A stretch of 64,000 nucleotides of DNA from a virus. Below the pieces are notes generated by a model. The model saw only the letters and a program-made list of their open reading frames with translations, did no database searches and was not told where the DNA came from. Below, piece after piece: positions 57,047-64,000 of the stretch (position 1 is its first letter; every line of letters starts with the position of its first letter). The stretch covers positions 9,568 to 73,567 of IMG/VR virus record IMGVR_UViG_3300048834_000258; one strand, written 5' to 3'. Made by a program: the position numbers and the translations under genes.

Positions 57047-60000
57047 GATTGATTCTACTGATAGTCTTGTCATCTTGCCTTGTCTTTGCTGGCCAGTCCG
57101 TAGTCCTGGATGATACTGCGCCGAACTACTTTACCGACCCAGCCACGACTGGCGACACAGACATCATGGTCGAGTTCCAGATTCACGACTGGACACTGCA
57201 TTCATCGTTTCGCGAGATCTTGACCCTGACTGGCAGTGGCCTCCGCGTAGGACTGACCGATACTGGGCTGTGGGGAAGTGTGGGGAAGGTGACTGAAAGC
57301 GGAAGCGGCACGCCATTTACCAATAACCTTGCTGGCCGCACGAATGTTTTGGTGCGCTATCGGCGTGACGCCACGGCAGGGGTGCTGACGTGGGAAACCT
57401 GGGATGTAGACGGAACCAATTACAATCTGCAAACTCGCACCATTACCGGCACGCGGGACCCCTCAACGAGTGGCGGTTCAACGTACACGGAGGGAGCGGC
57501 GGTGAGCTTTGGGTTCATCCGCGTCAGCACGAGCCTGGTCCCTGCGGGTTCGCGGCCTCCCACAACTTTCGGCACGGGCAACGTGCATGACTGGAAGTTC
57601 GACGGCAATACCACCGATACGGGCAGCGGCGGTGGGACGTGGACCGGCAGCTTTACCTTTGACGCGACGCCAAATCAGGACGTAGTTTCTGCAATTGCCA
57701 AGGTGTCGAATACTCCCACCTGGGCACCGTTTCGCCCTATCCGCGCGGGACATGCGGACACCCTGGACGGTTCGCAGAGCTTCACGATGGCCGACGATAG
57801 CGCCGATGCGGATTGTTCGTGGCGGCAACTGAGCGGGCCATCGACGCTGATCTGGAGCGACCGCGCCAGTTGTACGCCCACGGTGACGGGGGCGATCTTC
57901 GGTGAGTATTCCGTGAGACTGACCGCTACGTCCAGCGCGGGCGGGCTTGCATCGACCGATCTGACGTTTGGCGCGGTGGCTTACGACGACAACGGCGTGG
58001 TGATCTACCCGGATGAGCGGCTTTATGACTTGCTTGGACCGACCAAGGTATGGACAGGCAATGCCTGGGAATGGTTCGACCAGCGGTTGCTTTACATGGC
58101 AGACCTCAACTGGGACAAGTACAACGGCTTTGGTGGCGCGTGGGATGCGGAGAGCCTTGCCGCCACGATTGACGGCGTGCCTAGAACTGGCACCGTCTAT
58201 GTCGCAAACGGCAGTAACAAAGTCTACGGCACTGGAACCAACTTCCTCGCAGTATTCGGCGCGGGGCGTGCAGGCCCGCCGATCAAGACGACAGATTCCG
58301 CCAATGCCCAGATTGCGATTCGAAACGCGCCTACAGGCTATCCGTACTTTGTGAACCGCGTTATCGCGAATGTGGATTCCGACACGGAACTGACCACTGA
58401 GTCGCTCTGGTACCGGCCCACCATCAGCGCCCCCGGCGTTGAGTGGGGGTCCTGGTTCATCGGGCAGGTGCGCAAAGGTGCCGGGACGGTTTACGTGGCC
58501 AACGGCAGCGCAACGGTCACGGGCATAGACACCAATCTCCAAGCTGAGATCTGCGACGGCGGCACCACGCCCGATGCGGCCACTACCATCTATTTCGTTG
58601 AAGCGGGTGCGGTCACACGGAAATCGGTTGCATCCTGTCAAGGTGCCACGCAGATCACCCTTGCGGCTCCCTACGACGGCACAACAATTAGCAGTCCTGG
58701 GGTGGTCTACACCTTTGACGATTGGGATCTGGCCAAGGGGCCGTGGACCACGGAGGGCGGTTCTACGGTGAACTTCTACGACATTGCGGCGGCCATGTAT
58801 CGCTTCTATTATGCAAGCGGCTGGACGCGCCCCCGAGATGCGGCGCGGTTCCTGACAGATCGCTACTGGAAACAGACGGCAACGACGGGAACGTATCGCG
58901 TCGAGTCCTTCGCGGGAACCGTGATTCGACAGGTGATTGATCCGCCAGAGTCGCCTGATCCGGTGTTCTGGGAATTGAGCGAGGTCCGCATGGCGGATAT
59001 GTGGGACTCGCGGAAGTACGTCGGCAATAGCCCCATGTTTGAGGCGCGGGAGGATGCTTACGCGCTGGAGGTTGCCGTAAGAACCGCTCGCTACGACCCA
59101 GACGCTACGCGGCGGGCAACGAATCTGGCGCGGGTGCAGACCGCCTACGACGAGATGTGGAGTACGGACATGGTGGCGGCGTCCAGCGGGGGCTTCTACC
59201 GCAACCACATCAAAGAGGCCGACCCGGCGCGGGTGATGACGGTGACCAATGGCTCAGCGACGGTCACGAAGTACAGCGGGACGGATTTTCCGGCTGATTA
59301 CTGCGGCGATCCTGCGAGCTTCTACAGCACGGGCACGCTGGGGGTGACGAACGGGAGCACTGCTGTCACGTTGACGGGCGGAGGCTTCACCGGCCAGCAG
59401 AATAAGCGGCTGATGATTCGCGGGACGCTGGATGGCCAACCCTATTCGCAGATGAACGAGATTGTCAGCATCCAGACCAGCACCACAGCTACCCTTAGGT
59501 ACTCCTGGCCGGGGACGACGGGGAACGCGATAGCGTGGCGGATGCAGACGAAGACCGATCTAGGGGACAGCTACGCCATTGAGACCATGCAAGTCAACTC
59601 CTCCGGCGCGGCGATTGGGCCAAAATCGCAAGGCAGCGTCAACGCTGGCGCGGCGGAAGATTCTAGCTGGTACTGGTGTACGCGAGACAGCGGCACGCAG
59701 CTTACGCTGGACAAGCCATTCACCGGGGACACCAGCAGTACCGTGTATCGCCGATTTCTGCGAGGCGGGCAAAGCGCTATCCAGCCGTACTTCCAGGCAC
59801 TCCTGGCACGTTCGTTCCAGATGGCTGCAAGGTTGCTGGATGACGAAGGTGACACCGTGAGGGCGGCGGGGTATCGGGCACGGGCGGCTGATCTGCTGGA
59901 CTACATCACGGAAGTGGCTGCCGTGGGATACAGCGGCGGCGTGCCGTATCTGGCGGAAGGGAACCATTGCTACCCGCCTACCACGATCCCCAATGTGTGC

Positions 60001-60549
60001 GACGGCGGGAATTCCGTCGAACTGTGGCGGTCTTTGGCGGTGGAGGCGAACGGCCCGCTTGCGCAAGATTACCTGGACGCTCCGACGCCAGAAAAGCTGA
60101 CGCGAATGAATGCCTGGTTCAACGCGCAGTTTTGCCCATCAGCGGGATATGCCTGTCCCTTCGCATCCGATGGATATGTGGCGGAACTCGTGAAGGATGG
60201 CATTCCCGAGTTCAGCGAGATCCTCCGCACGAAGAACTTCGGGCAAGTCTTCGGCGCGGGCCAAGGCTACATGGTGGACGCAGCGCGGGTTGGCGGGCCG
60301 TCTCCCCCGCTTCCTGGTACAGTCACCATCCTTCCTCCTCCAGCGGGGTCCGAAGAGACGGTGGTCGTGCGGATTGAGGTGGTCGAGCCAACGTCGCGGA
60401 CCTTCAACCATGATTGCCCTGTGAATGAACCGTGTGAGATTACGATTGACCGGCGATTGGGGAAGCATCTCTATCGCATGGTGTACCTGGACGGGGAACA
60501 GCGCACGCTTTCCCGCTCGGGGTGGCGTCCCCTACTGGCTGTTCAGTAA
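57043..60549 (+). CDS. Large secreted/virion protein (lectin-like, PKD-like and glycanase-like segments)
   Basis: 1168 aa; signal peptide; TLDGS...WRQLSGP PKD-like motif; repeated GTV.V.NGS..V.G.GT units. Confidence 0.7.
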   Translation: MRLILLIVLSSCLVFAGQSVVLDDTAPNYFTDPATTGDTDIMVEFQIHDWTLHSSFREILTLTGSGLRVGLTDTGLWGSVGKVTESGSGTPFTNNLAGRTNVLVRYRRDATAGVLTWETWDVDGTNYNLQTRTITGTRDPSTSGGSTYTEGAAVSFGFIRVSTSLVPAGSRPPTTFGTGNVHDWKFDGNTTDTGSGGGTWTGSFTFDATPNQDVVSAIAKVSNTPTWAPFRPIRAGHADTLDGSQSFTMADDSADADCSWRQLSGPSTLIWSDRASCTPTVTGAIFGEYSVRLTATSSAGGLASTDLTFGAVAYDDNGVVIYPDERLYDLLGPTKVWTGNAWEWFDQRLLYMADLNWDKYNGFGGAWDAESLAATIDGVPRTGTVYVANGSNKVYGTGTNFLAVFGAGRAGPPIKTTDSANAQIAIRNAPTGYPYFVNRVIANVDSDTELTTESLWYRPTISAPGVEWGSWFIGQVRKGAGTVYVANGSATVTGIDTNLQAEICDGGTTPDAATTIYFVEAGAVTRKSVASCQGATQITLAAPYDGTTISSPGVVYTFDDWDLAKGPWTTEGGSTVNFYDIAAAMYRFYYASGWTRPRDAARFLTDRYWKQTATTGTYRVESFAGTVIRQVIDPPESPDPVFWELSEVRMADMWDSRKYVGNSPMFEAREDAYALEVAVRTARYDPDATRRATNLARVQTAYDEMWSTDMVAASSGGFYRNHIKEADPARVMTVTNGSATVTKYSGTDFPADYCGDPASFYSTGTLGVTNGSTAVTLTGGGFTGQQNKRLMIRGTLDGQPYSQMNEIVSIQTSTTATLRYSWPGTTGNAIAWRMQTKTDLGDSYAIETMQVNSSGAAIGPKSQGSVNAGAAEDSSWYWCTRDSGTQLTLDKPFTGDTSSTVYRRFLRGGQSAIQPYFQALLARSFQMAARLLDDEGDTVRAAGYRARAADLLDYITEVAAVGYSGGVPYLAEGNHCYPPTTIPNVCDGGNSVELWRSLAVEANGPLAQDYLDAPTPEKLTRMNAWFNAQFCPSAGYACPFASDGYVAELVKDGIPEFSEILRTKNFGQVFGAGQGYMVDAARVGGPSPPLPGTVTILPPPAGSEETVVVRIEVVEPTSRTFNHDCPVNEPCEITIDRRLGKHLYRMVYLDGEQRTLSRSGWRPLLAVQ

Positions 60550-60994
60550 CAAGCAGCCATGCGGTCCACATGAATAATCATCCTGGGCTTGGGAGAGGAT
60601 CAGTCTTCGGAGTGATCGTCACTGACCGCCATCTGAGTTAGCTGCGCTGCGTCGATGACGCAACTGGCCCATCATCGCCAGTGTGTTCCTCGACGCAGCG
60701 TATACTCCCTGTTGGTGGTGAGATGCTCCCTCACCATTGAACGTAACCGTAAGACCAACCCCAGTCTTGACGGCTTCGCTTAACTCCGGCTCTGTTCCCA
60801 GCCATTCGGCGTGAGGTTGTCTACTTCGCTGCGCTATCGGTCGGCCAAGCCGGGCAGCACATTGAGCAAGTAGTCGCGCAAGGGAATGTCTCGTCGCCGG
60901 CACGTTTCGGCAATGGTCAGGATCGCGGCCACTTTGGGTCCCGCGTATTCGCTGCCCAAGTGGATCCAGTTCTTCCGCTTATGTACACGTGCGC

Positions 60995-61389
60995 ATAAGC
61001 GGAAGAATTATCTGTTTGCGGGCTCCGACGCAGGTGGCCAGCGAGCTGCGGCGATCTACCGCTTAATCGGCACCGCAAAGCTCAACGGCATCAACCCGCA
61101 GGCGTATCTGCGAGAAGTCCTCGCCAAGATCGCCGACCACCCCCTCAACCGCATCGACAAACTTCTGCCATAGAACGTGAAGCTGGAAGCGGAAGCGACC
61201 GACGCGGAAGATGCCGAAGAGGCGCCAGCAACCGATACGACCGCGCAGGACAACGCCTGCGCTGCGGACTGAGACTCCGACAAGGTCACACACTCAAGCA
61301 GGCGAGTGTCCACGAAAACATCGTGGACACTTCGGCAATCGATACACCAAAAACAAGCGCCAACAAGACGGCCTGGGGCGAACGCTTAT
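60995..61389 (+). pseudogene. IS66 transposase C-terminal remnant with right-end-like sequence
   Basis: RKNYLFAGSDAGGQRAAAIY.LIGTAKLNGINPQAYL...RIDKLLP; GAACGCTTAT at ~61380-61389 resembles the IS66 terminal repeat. Confidence 0.85.
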
Positions 61390-61598
61390 TTCGGTTGCCA
61401 GTTCGCACCCACCGGCCAGAGAGCTGTATGTCGAACGCCGGCAGTGGCACGACCGTGCTGGAACTGAGGTCCTGATGTCGCATTCGAGAGGTGACGTTCA
61501 AAGCACTCCTGATCGGGCAGAGTTGGTTTAACCCGGTTAAACCTCTAGCACCACGTTTGAGCTCACGTAAGAGGTTAATCGCGGGGATGGCGAAAGCC

Positions 61599-61997
61599 TA
61601 TGCCTCTATGGAGGCATAGTGCCCTGAGGCTCCAGTTGGCCTGGAGTGCGTATGCCTCTATACAGGCAGAGCGTATGCCTCTATAGGGGTACACTTCCAA
61701 CGCGTCCGGATGGGCTTCAACTCAGCGAAGCCGAATTGGCATCAGTTCTGGCCCCGGCGAAGCTCGCCAGGAGGCCCGTATTGGCTCGTGGTGAAACGAA
61801 CGGTGGCGGTCTGGGGTAACGGGCTCTCGTGGATGCTGATTCGGCGTGGAGGCGGTCGCTCATGGAACCCATGATGCGCCTCAAAACCCGTCAAAACGGG
61901 CGTCTGCCTCTATGGAGGCATACGAAAGACTCTATAGAGGCACTCGGTTCTTGAGCCGCATTTTGGGTATTGCGAGAGTTGCCTCTATGGAGGCATA
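61599..61997. repeat. Six palindromic TATGCCTCTATGGAGGCATA-type repeats (parS/iteron-like)
   Basis: Copies at 61599, 61651, 61674, 61905, 61929 and 61980, directly upstream of parA. Confidence 0.8.
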
Positions 61998-62006
61998 CAC
62001 AGCTCC

Positions 62007-63008
62007 ATGAGATTTCCACGAACACAAGTTATTGCTTTAGTGAATAAGAAAGGGGGCTGCGGAAAAACGACCTCTTCAGTGGCCATTGCCTCAGCGTTTG
62101 CCCACCTGGGGTACTCGGCCACTCTTGCCGATACCGATCCTCAATGCAACGCCACTGAGAGTTTCGGCATTCGGGCGGAGAGCATCGTCGAGCAGGGAAG
62201 CTTCACCCTGGCCGATGCCTACCTGAAGAAACGGGCCGCAACCGATATCGAGCTTGACCTCGGAGAGAGATTTGAAGGCCGATTGACCCTGCTACCCGGA
62301 AACCGGGGTTTGAGCTCCGTTCCGCTCAAGCTGGAGTCGGAGCTTCAGATCGCAATTGCGGACGGAGAGAAGACCACGCTCGACGCTGATGAAATGCGAA
62401 GTGAGCAGCGGCTCCGGTTCAAGCGTTCTATCGATGCCCTCCGGGGGAAGCGGGATGTGGTCATCATCGACACTCCGCCCAGCCTCGATTTCTTGATGGT
62501 CTCAACACTCGTCGCGGCTGACTGGTTCATCATTCCGGTCTTTCCGTCGGGGTATGTCGACGAAGCGCCTCCGTCGATGCCGGCTAGACGGCCAACCAGA
62601 GTTGAGCCGAAGGCAGAGCGGGAGTTTCGCCCGGAACTCGTTCCTGATCGAACGCCAGCGCCGGTAGAAAGGAGAGGGGAGGCGGTGCCACTTCCTCGCC
62701 CGGTGAATCGGAAGCAATCCAGCGTCATCCGCTACCAGCTAAACCTTACGCCGAAAGCCAAGAGGATGCTGGAAGAGGTGGTCGAGTACGTCCGCACGTA
62801 CAGTCCCGAAAGCGACGCTCGGGTGAGCGAGGTCTTCCAGGGAATCATCGGACTGCTTCACGGGGCGACGGAGGAACTGGAGCTTTCCGAGCTTCCCCGA
62901 CGGGGCGCATGGGGATCAATCACGGCGAAGAACTTCCCAGAAGAGTTAAGTGGGGCTTTCGAACGGGCGATTCTCAGGGCGGCTAGACGCCGGGGAAACT
63001 CGGCCTGA
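62007..63008 (+). pseudogene. parA: ParA-family ATPase, C-terminally truncated and fused in frame to another protein
   Basis: KGGCGKTT, DTDPQCN, IIDTPP, ADWFIIPV, then an abrupt switch to a Pro/Arg-rich unrelated sequence. Confidence 0.7.
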
Positions 63009-63090
63009 GGAGGCCAAGCTGAGTGCGAGCTAAGTGAAGCCGCTTCAGTGATTTACGGCAGGTTATAGCGACACCCCATTTTGCGAGGCC

Positions 63091-63113
63091 CTACTGTCAC
63101 TACATTGTCACTA
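63091..63113. repeat. TGTCACTA direct repeats (integrase arm-site-like)
   Basis: TGTCACTA at 63095 and 63106, about 180 bp from the tRNA fragment. Confidence 0.45.
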
Positions 63114-63292
63114 GGCTGGGTGGAAATCAGGTGAAACTGAGAGAACTGGGGTGAAATCGCCAAGCCGCTGCAGAATGGCCCTGGCAAGAGGATTTCTTTT
63201 GAAATGAGTCGATTCTAACTGCAAGAAGGGAAGGGGACTTAACAGAGCCTGAGGCAAGCTACACATGAGGAGGCTTGTTTGGGGTCGATTTT

Positions 63293-63336
63293 GCGGCTTT
63301 CGAGACCGCCCGATTCAACCACTCTCGCACCTCTCC
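63293..63336 (-). tRNA. 5' half of tRNA-Ser(CGA), truncated after the anticodon arm
   Basis: GGAGAGGTGCGAGAGTGGTTGAATCGG GCGGT-CTCGAAA-GCCGC; no T-arm or 3' acceptor strand follows. Confidence 0.8.
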
Positions 63337-63477
63337 GCGTTGTGGAACGTCGAACCGAATCGTGTGGCCTCCTCTCAGGATAGCATCGGAAATCGGTAAC
63401 TCCTTCAAGCCACCAACCTCGTCCCGCCCGCATCTCCTTGCGACTCGCCGCCCCTTTGCCGCATCCCTACGTACATC

Positions 63478-63975
63478 ATGTTCCCGGAACTGGCAGACGA
63501 CCGCCGCAGCCAAACCGCCAAAGCGCTGTTTGAGCAGGCCTATGTCCGCCAGATGCAGGGAGACTTTCCGGAAGCGGTGCTGCTTTACAAACAGTCCATT
63601 GAGACGCTGCCCACCGCCGAAGCCTACACCTTTCTGGGCTGGACCTACCGCTTCATGGGAGACCTCAACGCGGCCATCGAGGAATGTAAGAACGCCATTC
63701 TGATTGATCCGACCTTGGGCAATCCCTACAACGACATCGGTGCATACCTCCTGGAGCTGGGCCGCCCCCAGGAATCGCTTGGCTGGCTGCGCAAAGCCAC
63801 CATGAGCCAGCGCTACCAGAGCTACCACTACGCCTGGTTTAACCTGGGCCGCGCGCATGCGGCGCTGGAGGAGTGGCCGCAGTCCCTGAATTGTTTTGAA
63901 AAGGCGGCCGCCCTAGCGCCCAATTACCAGCCTGCTGTGGATGCGGCGGCCAAAGTGCGGGGGATGATGCAGTAG
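63478..63975 (+). CDS. TPR-repeat protein (host gene)
   Basis: AEAYTFLGW, GNPYNDIGAYL and AWFNLGRA TPR helices. Confidence 0.9.
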   Translation: MFPELADDRRSQTAKALFEQAYVRQMQGDFPEAVLLYKQSIETLPTAEAYTFLGWTYRFMGDLNAAIEECKNAILIDPTLGNPYNDIGAYLLELGRPQESLGWLRKATMSQRYQSYHYAWFNLGRAHAALEEWPQSLNCFEKAAALAPNYQPAVDAAAKVRGMMQ

Positions 63976-64000
63976 GATGAGAGAAGGTCCCGGTTTTTCC

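Larger units (their letters stand above)
1..60549. mobile_element. Podovirus-like prophage or phage genome (left end lies outside the window)
   Basis: Capsid, tail, ejection, PolA, helicase, nuclease and lysis genes in dense operons; phage-type genes stop at 60549, followed by IS66/ParA/tRNA/host-type sequence. Confidence 0.9.

Noticed and set aside
57478-59208. 576-aa minus-strand ORF
   Set aside because: Antisense shadow of 57043..60549; Arg-rich with no motifs or RBS
55082-60549. Diversity-generating retroelement or invertible tail-fiber cassette
   Set aside because: No reverse transcriptase, invertase or adenine-variable repeat pair was seen; the internal repeats are protein-level modules
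63259-63858. 199-aa minus-strand ORF and an intact tRNA call
   Set aside because: The ORF is the antisense of the TPR gene; the tRNA lacks the T-arm and 3' acceptor strand

Overview
Positions 1 to about 60550 are a podovirus-like (pro)phage. It has an N4-gp56-type major capsid, scaffold, adaptor/nozzle-like tail and large Gly/Gln-rich ejection-type proteins (1-18.3 kb, +). A leftward replication/accessory arm follows (18.5-40.2 kb): PolA with Leu at position 762, AAA helicase, PD-(D/E)XK nuclease, AAA ATPase, phosphoesterases and a dNTP diphosphohydrolase-like protein. Then come an AT-rich strand switch (40.2-40.7 kb), small early-type genes around a G-rich tract (41-48 kb) and a second virion/lysis block (48.4-60.5 kb). 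To its right lie an IS66 remnant, a decayed ParA element with six palindromic repeats, a 5'-half tRNA-Ser(CGA) with integrase-arm-like repeats and a host TPR gene. The signal-peptide style suggests an Acidobacteriota host (inference). No integrase, repressor, portal or large terminase is visible. The most unusual signal is a set of eight dispersed promoter + short-RNA units: an extended -10, then nGT(T/A)GT|AGACC, a hairpin with a 5'-side bulge and a U-rich tail. Five of them sit next to four paralogous genes built from 1-3 copies of an uncharacterised YG...FRxP..G(E/D) domain. Many phage promoters also carry a C-GNA-G mini-hairpin in the -35/-10 spacer. All protein calls come from motif reading, not database searches.
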